Of a stretch of 33,059 nucleotides of DNA, positions 23,773-33,059 are shown in pieces. How positions within the stretch are numbered: the first letter of the stretch is position 1; every line of letters begins with the position of its first letter. A program made the position numbers and the translations under genes. The DNA lies in the NCBI GenBank assembly GCA_037381685.1, contig JARRQO010000023.1:1-33059 (forward strand), read 5' to 3'. Below the pieces are notes generated by a model. The model did no database searches. It was not told the DNA's origin and saw nothing but the letters and a program-made list of their open reading frames with translations. The stretch is from Deltaproteobacteria bacterium. Its GTDB lineage: Bacteria > Desulfobacterota > Desulfobaccia > Desulfobaccales > 0-14-0-80-60-11.

Positions 23773-26700
23773 CTAAAAATCATAGTTAAAATAAACATCC
23801 GCGCCGGAGTCCCGGGCCCCCACCTGGGACTCCACGCTCACGTGGCGGTTGAATTTGTACTGGATGCCTACCTGATTTTCATAGACCCCAAGTTCCTCAT
23901 TCAGATGGCGAGTTACAAAGAGGCTGACATTCTTGACCACCTCTTTTTGCAGGCCCACTGAGGGGCGGCCGCCCGCCAGCCCGGTCTTCACCTTGATCCC
24001 CCTTAAGATGGGAATGGTTGATCCCAGAATTTCCCCTATCGTGTTGCCTCCCGCGCCTCCCAAAATTCCATATTGAGCCGCAAAGGCCAGGTACTGTTCC
24101 TTGGTCAGGGTGGCCGCAGGTGCGCCGAACGCCAGGTAGGAAACGACATCCGTGGGCGGCAGGGAAGGTTGGCTGTCCAGGTGGATCTGGGGATTGGTGA
24201 TGGTGCCGTTGACTATCACGATTATCTTGACGTCGGCATCGCCCACCTCATGGGTGGCCTTGGCGTCTATAACTATGGGCTTGTTGGGGACCCCCGGCAA
24301 CGTGACGATGGCCCGCTCCACTTTGAATTCCTTGCCTTCCACGTCCAGAGAACCGTGCAGGGAACGGATTCTGCCGCCCAGGGCCAGATCCCGGCCCGGC
24401 TTTTTGGTGACCTCGATATGGGCCGTAAGTTCCACCTTGCCCATGGGGTCCTTCACCCACAAATTGCGCGGCGCCTCAACCCTGACATTGATCGACATAT
24501 CTTTATAAAAACCCGGGGCCGCAGATTTCTTGCCTTTCTTGGCTTTTTGCTGGCTGACCAGAACAATGTCCGGGTTTTGCCCGGATTGAAAGAAACTGGG
24601 CCGAAAAACCGCCTTGTCCACCAGAATGTGGCCGTTCGCCACCAGGGCGTTGAGCGGGCCCCGCAGGTCAACCGCGCCGCTGGTAATCACGTCGTTGCCG
24701 GCCCGGTGCAAGGCCCTAAATTTGTCCAACCGGGCCGCAGCCCGGCCGCGGCCACCCTCGCCCAGATCGACTTCCCCGGAAAAACGTGCGGTCCCTTGGC
24801 TGACCAGCACCAGGGCCGGGAGGGTTATTTTATTCCCTTTAAGATTGATTTGCCCGGCTTCCAAGGCATACATGGTGCCGGCCTGCCGGAGCAGCAGCCG
24901 GCCCGCACTCCAGCGAATCTGCCCGGTGATTTTCGGACTGTGAGGATTCCCCCGGGCTTGCACCGCGGCATCCACCTTGCTGTCCGCTTCTTCCACCTGC
25001 TTGGTGATGAGGGTCAGCAGGGACAGATTGATATTTTCGCTGTGTACCTTGAGATCAAGGCCGCGTTTGGCCAGGGCAAATTTAAAGGGAGTAACGGACA
25101 GGGAAACCGGCACCACCCCCTTCCAGACCAGACGCGAATTTTGCGGTCCCGCCTGCAGATACCCGGCTACCTGCATCTGGCCGGATTGATAATCGAGCCT
25201 GGTGGTCAGGGTCTGAATGGGAATGCTTTTTATCTGCCCGCAACTCAGAGATAATTGGGCGGTTATAAGGGGCGCGGCGGAAGTGCCGGCCAGGGTTGCC
25301 TTGCCGTTGATCTTGCCCGTGGCCGGCAGGCCCAGGGGGCCCAGCAGTCCGGCGTTAAGATGCGTAAGCTGCACGCTGCCGGCAAGTTCCCTGCCCCGGA
25401 CCAATAATTGCAGCCCTACCTTGCCGCCGTCCACCAAAAAAGTCGCCGGGGAAATCTCATAGCCCGGAAACAGGCGGACTTGAAAGGGCGCCTGGTTTTT
25501 GAGGGTCAGGGTCCGGCTCTGCCAGGAGACTTTTTCGATGCGGATATCCAGGGGCTTCGCCGCCAGGTTTGCGGTGCCGGCTAAGGCGAAATTGGGCTGC
25601 TTGGGGGAGGCGCCTTCCATCTGAAACTGCCATTGGCCTCCTGCCCCTTGCGCCGTGAGAGTGACCCGGGAAAAATCTCCGGCTTTGGTCTGTAGTTTCA
25701 CTCCGTTAAACCGGATGGTGCCCGACTGCGGCGGCAGTCCCGACAGGTCGGCATTAACAGTGGCCGACTGCAAGCGGTTTCCCTCAAAAGACACCTTGGT
25801 GGCCTGACCCGTGAGGTTTATCCGGGGAGCCTTCAAGGAGCCCCGCACCGAACCCCGGACCTGAAGCCTGCTGAAGGATGCGCCCGCAGGCAGCGGCAGG
25901 GCCCGGGAGCGGGCAGTGGAAGCCGCAAAGGTGATATCCAAACCCGCCTGGCTCACGGTTCCCTTCAGGGAAGCCGCAATACCCGCGGCCCGGACATCAG
26001 CATACTTCAGGGTTAACCTACGGCCCTCCAGCACAAACCTGGCTCGCACAGCTTGCACCGGCTCGTGTTTTACCCGGCCAGAGGCCTTCAGGTCGCCGGC
26101 CAGATACATCTTGGAAGTGGACAACCCCGGGGGCAGGCGGAATTGCCCGGTAAAGCGGGAGGTCACGGTGGTGCCGGCGAGACTGGCCACCCCCAGCATC
26201 GCAGGTTGCAACTCTGCCGTTTGCACGGTCAAGTCCCCGTGCACGCCGGCATCTTGGCCCAGGGGCAACAGGTGGCCCGCGGCGTCGATCTTCACCGTGC
26301 CGAAGTTTCCCGCCGCCGCGGCCTGAAGTTTTTGCCTCCGGGCGTCGCCGGCAAGATCGAGCCGCGCCTTCTCCACTTTCAGGTCTTTATAGCGGAAACG
26401 CGACAACACCAGGTGGGTTTGCAGGGATTCCGGGTTCCAGGGCAGGCCGGCGCCCTCCACGTGCAGGTGAGCATTGAGCGGGCTTAGGCCCTGAATCTGC
26501 TGGAGGTTGACCCCCTTGAGCTCCTGGATTTGGGCCGTGGTCAGGCCCTTGAGGTCCAGGTCCAGGTTAAACACCGCAGGCTTGACCCTGGCGTTGAGGT
26601 CTCCCTTGATGGCATAATCGGCCTGGCCGATCTTGCCCTGGACCCGCACTTTCCCCCCCGTGGGCGTGCTGGACAGGCTCAAGGCGCCGGACAGGTCCCA

Positions 26701-27528
26701 GGGTACGGGCCATTGCGGCCAGAACCCGTGGATCTTGCTCCCGCTCAGGGGGCCGATTTTGCCGGTCAGGGTGCAGGTAAGATCAGTCAGCGGCCGGCAG
26801 ATCTCGCCCTTTACGGAGGCCACCGTTTGCCCCCCCAATTTCAAATTCAGGACCCCAATTTGGGCTAATCCCGCGCTATACGCCAGGCGGGTCTCCAGCT
26901 CCGCCCGGCCTTCGGGAGTTTCGATTCCCAGGCGGGCTACCTTGAGTTTGATCTTTTGATGCGGCTGCCCCGGGTGAAACAGGGTCAGCGCCGCCTTCAG
27001 ATCCAGGTGAGGATAATGCGTGGTCTTGCCGCCTTTGGTAATGCTGATCTCGCCGTCTTTGATTTGAAAATTTGAGATCTGAATCTCCCGCAGGAAAAAT
27101 TTGGTAATTTTGTCCATCAGTCCCGGCGGTTTGGCAGGTTCGGCCTCAGGCTTGATGATTTGATCGAAATTCCACTGGCCGGATTTCTCCTGAAATACAT
27201 AAATGCGGGGTTTATCAAAGGCCACCGTGGCCACGTCCAGATGGAAAGTGGGGACGGAGGCCAGCGCAAGACGCAGCACGAGCCGGTCTGCGGCCAAAAG
27301 GGTCTTGCCGTCGGGGCCGGTTATGGTGAAATCCTGAAAGACCAGGCCAGTGGCGGGGTTGCCGGAAATTTTTTTGGCGCTCACCTTGCCGTTTACATTG
27401 TCCTGCAGCAGGGAAAGCACGTAAGAGCCGCCAAAACTGGTAATATCTGAGAAGAAGGAGCACTCGCCAACCCCCCGCAGGGCCAGCACAAGGACCAGGG
27501 AAAGGCAGATTAGCTTCACAGCCCGCAT
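23773..27528 (-). CDS. tamB: Translocation and assembly module subunit TamB-like protein (DUF490 C-terminus)
   Basis: About 1250 aa with an N-terminal signal anchor and a long beta-rich repetitive body. The C-terminal GLQKEVVKNVSLFVTR...VGIQYKFNRHVSVESQ is DUF490-like. Start at 27528 chosen (GGAGGAG RBS, 10 nt after the tamA stop). Confidence 0.8.
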   Translation of the reverse strand: MRAVKLICLSLVLVLALRGVGECSFFSDITSFGGSYVLSLLQDNVNGKVSAKKISGNPATGLVFQDFTITGPDGKTLLAADRLVLRLALASVPTFHLDVATVAFDKPRIYVFQEKSGQWNFDQIIKPEAEPAKPPGLMDKITKFFLREIQISNFQIKDGEISITKGGKTTHYPHLDLKAALTLFHPGQPHQKIKLKVARLGIETPEGRAELETRLAYSAGLAQIGVLNLKLGGQTVASVKGEICRPLTDLTCTLTGKIGPLSGSKIHGFWPQWPVPWDLSGALSLSSTPTGGKVRVQGKIGQADYAIKGDLNARVKPAVFNLDLDLKGLTTAQIQELKGVNLQQIQGLSPLNAHLHVEGAGLPWNPESLQTHLVLSRFRYKDLKVEKARLDLAGDARRQKLQAAAAGNFGTVKIDAAGHLLPLGQDAGVHGDLTVQTAELQPAMLGVASLAGTTVTSRFTGQFRLPPGLSTSKMYLAGDLKASGRVKHEPVQAVRARFVLEGRRLTLKYADVRAAGIAASLKGTVSQAGLDITFAASTARSRALPLPAGASFSRLQVRGSVRGSLKAPRINLTGQATKVSFEGNRLQSATVNADLSGLPPQSGTIRFNGVKLQTKAGDFSRVTLTAQGAGGQWQFQMEGASPKQPNFALAGTANLAAKPLDIRIEKVSWQSRTLTLKNQAPFQVRLFPGYEISPATFLVDGGKVGLQLLVRGRELAGSVQLTHLNAGLLGPLGLPATGKINGKATLAGTSAAPLITAQLSLSCGQIKSIPIQTLTTRLDYQSGQMQVAGYLQAGPQNSRLVWKGVVPVSLSVTPFKFALAKRGLDLKVHSENINLSLLTLITKQVEEADSKVDAAVQARGNPHSPKITGQIRWSAGRLLLRQAGTMYALEAGQINLKGNKITLPALVLVSQGTARFSGEVDLGEGGRGRAAARLDKFRALHRAGNDVITSGAVDLRGPLNALVANGHILVDKAVFRPSFFQSGQNPDIVLVSQQKAKKGKKSAAPGFYKDMSINVRVEAPRNLWVKDPMGKVELTAHIEVTKKPGRDLALGGRIRSLHGSLDVEGKEFKVERAIVTLPGVPNKPIVIDAKATHEVGDADVKIIVIVNGTITNPQIHLDSQPSLPPTDVVSYLAFGAPAATLTKEQYLAFAAQYGILGGAGGNTIGEILGSTIPILRGIKVKTGLAGGRPSVGLQKEVVKNVSLFVTRHLNEELGVYENQVGIQYKFNRHVSVESQVGARDSGADVYFNYDF

Positions 27529-27538
27529 AACTCCTCCT

Positions 27539-29494
27539 CTAGAACCCGTACCCCACACTAAAATTGATTTGATACCATTTATCCGCCACATAATCGATGC
27601 GGTTTGTGGGGAAAGCGATGTCTACCCCGATGGCGCCCACAGGGGTAACATAGCGGAGTCCAAATCCCGGTGAGTACTTTAAGCTGAGAGGATTAAAGTC
27701 GATGGCTCTGCGATATACGTTACCCGCATCAATAAAGGCTACGCCGGCGATATTCTTGTAAACAGGGATCGGAAAGCGCAATTCCACACCCATTTCCAGG
27801 AGAGCCGCGCCGCCGTAAGGGTTATTTTGCGAATCGCGGGGGCTCAACATATAAATGGGATAACCCCTGTTACTATTTTCGCCTCCGGCAAAGAAGAGTC
27901 GGGAAATGGCAATCTGATGAGTTTGCTGCATGGGTTGGATGAGGCCGACCCTGGCCCGCCCCGCGATCACGAAATTGGAATCGGCAATGGCATGATAGCG
28001 CTTGACATCCAGGACCGTCTGAGCAAACTGCATATCTGATCCGAGAAACACCGGGGCTATCTGGTTGGCCCATTGGAAGTAGCCTCCTGAGCGCGGGTTG
28101 GACGGATTATCTACGGTATCCTGACGCAGGCCCAGTAAGGCATAAGAGGACCGGTAGATATTTTCCGGCCGGGTCTCATCCAAAAGAATTAACGTGGTAT
28201 ACGGCAGGCCAAAAGCGCGGTTCCATTCGACGCCATGGCCAAAAAATACTTTGAAGTCCCAGGGGAGATTATGTTCAAAGCGGGATTGGGTATAAACGCT
28301 CCGGTCTTTAAATGATGGAAAATCACGCTCGCGGGCGCCACTCTGGTTGAGAAAGTCAAAATGGCTGCCCCCTACTGCCGGGTTGGTAAATAATTCATTA
28401 AACGTATAACCCAGGGTCGAATAGCGAGCGTCCAAATCTAAAACCCGGCCGCCGCCCCACAAATTCCGGTACTTCAAGCCCAGGCGGGCCCGCACTTTTT
28501 CTTCATTCGCATAGCCTAAGCCCAACTTCAGCGACCGTTTCTTCCTCTCCTTCAGCTCGATGACGATGGGGATCGAGGTTTGTTGCGGGGGAACCTTTTC
28601 TGGCGCCAGGACCACGCTGCGGAAGAGATCAGTGGCGTACAGTTGGCGCTGGCTTTTGAACAACTCCCCGAGGTTAAAGACCTGGCCGCGCTTAAAGGTC
28701 AGCTTTTCCAGAATAGCCTGCTCCGGGGTCTCCAGTTTCTCGGGGTGCTTGATGGTAACCTTCCCGAAATACGACCGCGGCCCTGGTTTGACCGCAAGGT
28801 GAATCTTGGCGGTGTTTTTGCTTTTGTCCAAGTAGACCCGCCCCACCACCTTGACCTTGGGATAGCCATGATTGGGTAAGTAATTGAGATAAAGGTTTTT
28901 TAGATCTCCATAAGCTTTATCGGTGAACCGGTCCCCCGGCTTCAGAGGCCATTGCTGCCTGAGATCGGATAGCTCTACATCCCCGGTAATGTCGACGTCG
29001 ATGCCGGTGACCTTGACCGGAGGACCTTCGTGGATGCGCAGGGTGACATCCACTCCACCTTCCGGGCTGCACTTGACCTGCGGTTTGATCTGGACATGGT
29101 AAAAGCCCTGATCGCGGTAATAATTCCTGAGGCGCTCGAGGTCGTACTCCAAATCCTGGGGCCGGAAGGCCGGGGGCTTGCGCCAGGGCGGCCAGAATGT
29201 CGGCAGTTTCTCGGCCAACTGGCCTTCCAGGTCCTTGGTGCTCACCGTCTTGTTTCCCACAAAGGTGAAAGACCTCAGCCAGGGTTTTTGGCCTTCGGGG
29301 GCGCCAGGGCCGGCCGGCGGGCAGGTCAACTGTGGCCGGGGCGTCACAGGTTCAGCCGGTACCGGTGGCCCGGCGCCTTCGCAGGTTTCACCTTCTAGGG
29401 GCTGCTCGGCTCCCCTCACCTGGGAAACCGTCACCAAAGAAATCACCAGGAGGAGCGGCAAAACCCAGTGTCGCCAAGTCCCGGCCACCCGCAT
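27539..29494 (-). CDS. tamA: Omp85-family outer membrane protein (TamA/BamA-like; POTRA repeats + beta-barrel)
   Basis: Signal peptide from MRVAGTWRHWVLPLLLVISLVTVSQVRGAE. POTRA-like segments. C-terminal barrel ending in NFSVGYGF (terminal aromatic). Located immediately upstream of tamB. Confidence 0.8.
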   Translation of the reverse strand: MRVAGTWRHWVLPLLLVISLVTVSQVRGAEQPLEGETCEGAGPPVPAEPVTPRPQLTCPPAGPGAPEGQKPWLRSFTFVGNKTVSTKDLEGQLAEKLPTFWPPWRKPPAFRPQDLEYDLERLRNYYRDQGFYHVQIKPQVKCSPEGGVDVTLRIHEGPPVKVTGIDVDITGDVELSDLRQQWPLKPGDRFTDKAYGDLKNLYLNYLPNHGYPKVKVVGRVYLDKSKNTAKIHLAVKPGPRSYFGKVTIKHPEKLETPEQAILEKLTFKRGQVFNLGELFKSQRQLYATDLFRSVVLAPEKVPPQQTSIPIVIELKERKKRSLKLGLGYANEEKVRARLGLKYRNLWGGGRVLDLDARYSTLGYTFNELFTNPAVGGSHFDFLNQSGARERDFPSFKDRSVYTQSRFEHNLPWDFKVFFGHGVEWNRAFGLPYTTLILLDETRPENIYRSSYALLGLRQDTVDNPSNPRSGGYFQWANQIAPVFLGSDMQFAQTVLDVKRYHAIADSNFVIAGRARVGLIQPMQQTHQIAISRLFFAGGENSNRGYPIYMLSPRDSQNNPYGGAALLEMGVELRFPIPVYKNIAGVAFIDAGNVYRRAIDFNPLSLKYSPGFGLRYVTPVGAIGVDIAFPTNRIDYVADKWYQINFSVGYGF

Positions 29495-29720
29495 CCTCTT
29501 CTTCGTCCCCCTCACTTCGATGGCTCGTAAACGAATGCTCTGAAAATTATTTCCCGTTTCTGCAGGGCGCACCTGGGTGGGCGCCCTCAAGGCCCCAAAG
29601 GCCCCCTAATTTTGCCAGGAACCTCGGGAACCTTACCCCAGGCTCCTGAGTCCTGTAAAGAAAATAAACCCTCTCTCCCATATGACAAGAGGCCAGGAGA
29701 TCTTAAATCCCCCAAGCAAC

Positions 29721-29736
29721 CCGTTACCGGTAACGG
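29721..29736 (-). terminator. Perfect 16-nt palindrome CCGTTACCGGTAACGG directly after the helicase-fusion stop codon
   Basis: Self-complementary sequence read directly (6-bp stem, 4-nt loop). No U-tract, so it could be a terminator or a protein-binding site. Confidence 0.3.
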
Positions 29737-29737
29737 A

Positions 29738-32700
29738 TTATCTTGACCGCTTGCCCCGGGAAGCGGCAATCTCTGGAAACAATTGCGGCTGCCGCTTTTT
29801 TCGGGTTTGGGGCTTCCTGGGGCTGACGCGCCTGACCACCTCCGGGGGCAGGGCCCGGACCCAGGGCGAAAATTCCGGACGCCGCCGCCGTCCCCACAGG
29901 GTGCGCACCCGGGCGCGGCTTAAAAAGACCTGCCGGGAAGCCCGGGTGAGTCCCACATAAAAGAGGCGTTTTTCCTCTTCCAGGTCTAAAGCCGGCCCGC
30001 CTTCCGGTTCCCAGGGCATCAGCCCGGTTTCGCAGCCCGCCATAAACACGTAGGGAAACTCCAAACCCTTGGCCGCGTGCAGGGTGAGGAGCTTCACCCG
30101 TTCCGCGGCCAGATCAATTTCGTCCCAATCCGGTCCCACCCCTTCTCTGGCTTGCTGGCACGGGATGCCGGCCTCCTGCAGGATGCGCTCCAACTCCGCG
30201 CCCAGGGCATGGACGCGGTAAAGCACCGCCACGTCGTGAAAACTGGCTTTTTCTCCCGCGACCTGGTGCCGCACCGCCGCGTCCTCCAGCCCATAATGGG
30301 ACAAGCCCCCCACCAGGGTCTCTATCTGCCGGGCTATGGCCAGGGCTTCGCCCGTGGGGTTCGCCGCTTCCATCAAGATGACCGGAAGATCCCCGGGCTG
30401 CCGGGTGCGCCAAGGCCCCTGGCCCCCCTCGCCGGCGCAGCCCCTGAGAGGCGACGCCGCTGCCAGAATCGGCCCCGGCAAGCGATAAGTTTCATCAAAA
30501 TGCAGCATCCGGGCTGCGGGCCAATCCTCCCGGAAGCGGCGGAAATATTCCGGCCGGGCGCCCCGAAATCCGTAAATGGCCTGATCCGGGTCGCCGATGA
30601 CCATGATTTCCGCCCCCCTCCCCGCCAGTTGGCAAAACAGGTTGTACTGGGCCTCATTCAAATCCTGGTACTCGTCCACCAGCACATGCCGGAAGCGGCT
30701 CCGATAGGCCCTCCTGAGCTCCGGGTCCCTGGCCAACAGCAGGGCGGGCCGGGCGATCAGATCTTCATAGTCCCAAAGGTTTTCCCGGCGGAGCGCGGCC
30801 TCGTAGGCGGCAAAGGCCGCGAGATATTGCGGGGTGGCGCCGGGTGCGGTCCGCTCATCAGGCGTCAACAGCTTCAGTTGCCGCGCCGGCTTTGGCGCGG
30901 CCAGCTCTTCCGGGTAGGTCAGGGCCTGCTTGAACCGGGTGATCTGTTTTTCCAGATCATCCAAGGGCAGGTCATGGGCCCGGGCAATATCCCGGATCAG
31001 ACGGCGGCGCTGCTCTTCATCCGCCACCCCGCGGCCGGGCTCCTTATGGGCCGCAAGAATCTGCCGCCCCAGGGCGTGGAAGGTCTTGAGGGTCAGGTGC
31101 GACCGGCCGGCAACCCCGGCCAGCAGGCTCTCGAGACGCGCCGCCATTTCCTCGGTGGCCTGCCGGGTAAAGGTGAGGGCCAAAATTTTCTCCGGGTCCA
31201 CCCCCCGGCGCCAGACCAGATAGGCCACCCGGTGCGTCAAGGCCCGGGTTTTGCCGGTGCCCGGCCCGGCCTGGACGATGAGGGGCGGGCCCTGGTGCAC
31301 CACTGCCTGCCGCTGCGCGGCATTCAAGCCCGCCAACAGGGGGTCATCGTCAATCTTGGCGGCCGGCTCCGGCGTCAGACTTGCCGCAGGCTCCTCCGCG
31401 ACCGGTGTAAGCGGCATGGCCGCGGCTTCACTCTGAAAAAGGCCTCCGTGATTTTCCGCCCCCCTCGGGATCGGACTGAAAAAGGCCGTCTGGCCCTGCA
31501 ATTTGCTGCGCTCCGCCGGGGTAAAGAGGCGAATCTCCCCATAAGCCCCGTCATATCCCCCCGCGATCTGCACCTCTCCCCGGCGCATCCGGTCAATCCC
31601 GTGGGCCAGCAGAACCCCCCCTTCCCGGGCCAGGACGTCCAGCGGCGCCCGGCGCAGGATTTCCAACTCCGGCCCCAGCTTTTCCAGCAGCCGGAAATAG
31701 GCCTGGCGGACTTTTTTGCTGCCGACCCCGACCCCCAGCGTTTCGCTGAGAACCTCCGGCAGGCCGATGAGGGATTCAAAGGGTGGCGCCGCAGGCGGCC
31801 GCTGCCCGTTGGCCCGGTCAGCCAGATCCAGGACGCGGTGCATCACCCCCAGGGTCAGGGGCTTGCCGCACTTTGGACAGCGCTCCCCCAAGCCCCTGGC
31901 CTCTTCCGGCTCCAGCCTCAGGCCGCACTGGCGGTGGCCGTCCAGGTGGTACTTGCCCTCCTGGGGAAAAAATTCAATGGTCCCCGCCAACCCCTTCCGG
32001 GTGCGCAGGGCCTGGGCCAAATCGGGATAAGTCGCCTCCACCTGAAATATATTGGCCTCCCGGGCCAGCTTTTGGGGGGAGTGCGCGTCCGAGTTGGACA
32101 CCAGCGCGAACCGGTCCAGGCCCGAGACCCGCCAGTTCATGGGCGGGTCCGAGGACAACCCGGTCTCCACCGCATAAATCTGCTCGGTGCTCTCACCGAA
32201 GCACTCCTGCAGGGAATCAAAGCCGCTTTTGCTGCCCAGCACCGAAAACCAGGGCGTCCAGATATGGGCCGGAATCACCAGGGCCTGGGGATCGATTTCC
32301 AGGACCAGCTCCAGCACGAACCGGGCCTCCAGACCCAGGATGGGGCGCCCGTCGGAGGCCACGTTGCCTAAACGACCCAGGCGCTGGGAGAGTTTTTGGG
32401 CGGCCTCCAGACCCGGAAGCAGCAACAGCAGATGCACCTTGCGGACCTTGCCGCCCTGTTTATAGATGGTGCTCACCTCGCCGGTAATCATGAAACGCAC
32501 CGGCGCCGCGGTTTGCCAGCCTTCTCCGGTGAGGTTTAAGGGGAGCGCCAGCTCCGGTTTCAGGCGGTACAGGCCCGGCGCGGCCGGCGTCAGTTTCTCG
32601 GCCAGGTCCGCCAGCCAGGTGGGATGGGTGCAATCACCGGTGCCCACCACCTGCAGTCCCTTGTAGCGGCCCCAGAGATCCAGGTGTTCCAGGTCGGCCT

Positions 32701-32758
32701 CCCGGCTGGTGGCGATGGAGAAATGCGAATGGATATGCAGGTCGGCGATGACTTCCAT
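29738..32758 (-). CDS. Fusion protein: N-terminal PHP-type EndoQ-like (TIGR00375-type) nuclease domain with Zn-finger + C-terminal UvrD/PcrA-family SF1 helicase
   Basis: N-terminal part: ADLHIHSHFSIATS, VGTGDCTHPTW, CPKCGKPLTLGVMHRV. C-terminal part: AGPGTGKT (motif I), LTFT (Ia), VDEYQDLN (II), GDPDQAIYGFRGA (III), YRL (IV), TLHAAKGLEFPYVF (V), LFYVGLTRA (VI). ATG at 32758 preferred over GTG at 32779. Confidence 0.8.
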   Translation of the reverse strand: MEVIADLHIHSHFSIATSREADLEHLDLWGRYKGLQVVGTGDCTHPTWLADLAEKLTPAAPGLYRLKPELALPLNLTGEGWQTAAPVRFMITGEVSTIYKQGGKVRKVHLLLLLPGLEAAQKLSQRLGRLGNVASDGRPILGLEARFVLELVLEIDPQALVIPAHIWTPWFSVLGSKSGFDSLQECFGESTEQIYAVETGLSSDPPMNWRVSGLDRFALVSNSDAHSPQKLAREANIFQVEATYPDLAQALRTRKGLAGTIEFFPQEGKYHLDGHRQCGLRLEPEEARGLGERCPKCGKPLTLGVMHRVLDLADRANGQRPPAAPPFESLIGLPEVLSETLGVGVGSKKVRQAYFRLLEKLGPELEILRRAPLDVLAREGGVLLAHGIDRMRRGEVQIAGGYDGAYGEIRLFTPAERSKLQGQTAFFSPIPRGAENHGGLFQSEAAAMPLTPVAEEPAASLTPEPAAKIDDDPLLAGLNAAQRQAVVHQGPPLIVQAGPGTGKTRALTHRVAYLVWRRGVDPEKILALTFTRQATEEMAARLESLLAGVAGRSHLTLKTFHALGRQILAAHKEPGRGVADEEQRRRLIRDIARAHDLPLDDLEKQITRFKQALTYPEELAAPKPARQLKLLTPDERTAPGATPQYLAAFAAYEAALRRENLWDYEDLIARPALLLARDPELRRAYRSRFRHVLVDEYQDLNEAQYNLFCQLAGRGAEIMVIGDPDQAIYGFRGARPEYFRRFREDWPAARMLHFDETYRLPGPILAAASPLRGCAGEGGQGPWRTRQPGDLPVILMEAANPTGEALAIARQIETLVGGLSHYGLEDAAVRHQVAGEKASFHDVAVLYRVHALGAELERILQEAGIPCQQAREGVGPDWDEIDLAAERVKLLTLHAAKGLEFPYVFMAGCETGLMPWEPEGGPALDLEEEKRLFYVGLTRASRQVFLSRARVRTLWGRRRRPEFSPWVRALPPEVVRRVSPRKPQTRKKRQPQLFPEIAASRGKRSR

Positions 32759-33059
32759 TTTGGTCCTAGACCTTATCACAAAACCCGGGGAACCGCTAAT
32801 TTTAGATTTTGGTTTATTTTAATTACAAGAGGCGTCAATCTTTCCTAAGTACAGCACTTTATGATTCCGGCAAATATCTGGCCCCCTTTGACCCTGACGC
32901 TTAAACGAAAGGGCAAAGATATTTCCCCCCAAAGGCGCCAAAACGCCGATGCCGAAGGGAATTTATCAGACTCGGGGTTAAGTGCCCGCCCCCTCATGGC
33001 TCCAGAGCTTGCGGCGCCAGGGACAGAAGGGTTATCATTGGGAGAAAAATTGCTCGGCC

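Noticed and set aside
27529-29590. Longer N-terminal extensions of tamB (start 27591) and tamA (start 29590)
   Set aside because: The extensions precede the signal sequences, and for tamB the extension overlaps the tamA 3' end. Internal ATGs at 27528 (GGAGGAG RBS) and 29494 give normal signal peptides.
14781-32758. Gabija-like pairing of an OLD-family ATPase (14781-16613) with the UvrD-family helicase (29738-32758)
   Set aside because: The two genes are about 13 kb apart and separated by housekeeping operons. The helicase is fused to an EndoQ-like repair domain and has host-like GC content. GajA/GajB are adjacent genes.
32780-33059. A gene or RNA in the last 280 nt of the window
   Set aside because: No ORF of useful length, no recognisable tRNA cloverleaf and no conserved RNA motif. 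It is probably a promoter/leader region, and a possible gene start at the very edge cannot be supported.

Overview
High-GC bacterial chromosome segment (about 55-65% GC on the 60-nt lines I counted). The gene content fits a Gram-negative organism; I cannot support any finer taxonomic call. Most of the window is housekeeping. It holds rtcA (partial), a GT2 / small membrane protein / GT-C glycosylation operon, moaA, an NlpC/P60 lipoprotein, metG, a TPR protein and a YkgJ-type Cys-cluster protein. It also holds pfk, gpsA, gyrA, a LivK-like binding protein, an adenosine-specific-kinase-family gene and an ADP-forming acetyl-CoA synthetase. The rest is a MurU/AmgK-like nucleotidyltransferase + kinase pair, tamB-tamA, and an EndoQ-like PHP domain fused to a UvrD-family helicase. 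No rRNA, tRNA, CRISPR array, integrase or transposase was recognised. The interesting part is a ~3.5 kb AT-rich mosaic island (13999-17465, about 38-53% GC on sampled lines) between gyrA and the LivK-like gene. It carries hicB-hicA and a 610-aa ABC ATPase fused to a DUF4435/TOPRIM-like module (single-polypeptide PARIS/OLD-like candidate defence gene). An orphan MNT-type nucleotidyltransferase sits 22 nt upstream of that ATPase with no HEPN partner, and a GxxExxY protein lies upstream of the MNT. The three cassette-leading genes (GxxExxY, MNT, gyrA) share a homologous CGCAGATG-type leader or hairpin motif. The island is welded to gyrA: the gyrA ORF is open but skips about 66 codons of the near-invariant N-terminal block. 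Its AT-rich first 59-65 nt are duplicated 743 bp upstream, flanking hicBA, and the repeat boundary coincides with the deletion junction. Intergenic regions elsewhere hold a family of nested palindromic, short-tandem-repeat-flanked elements that share exact 10-23-mers.
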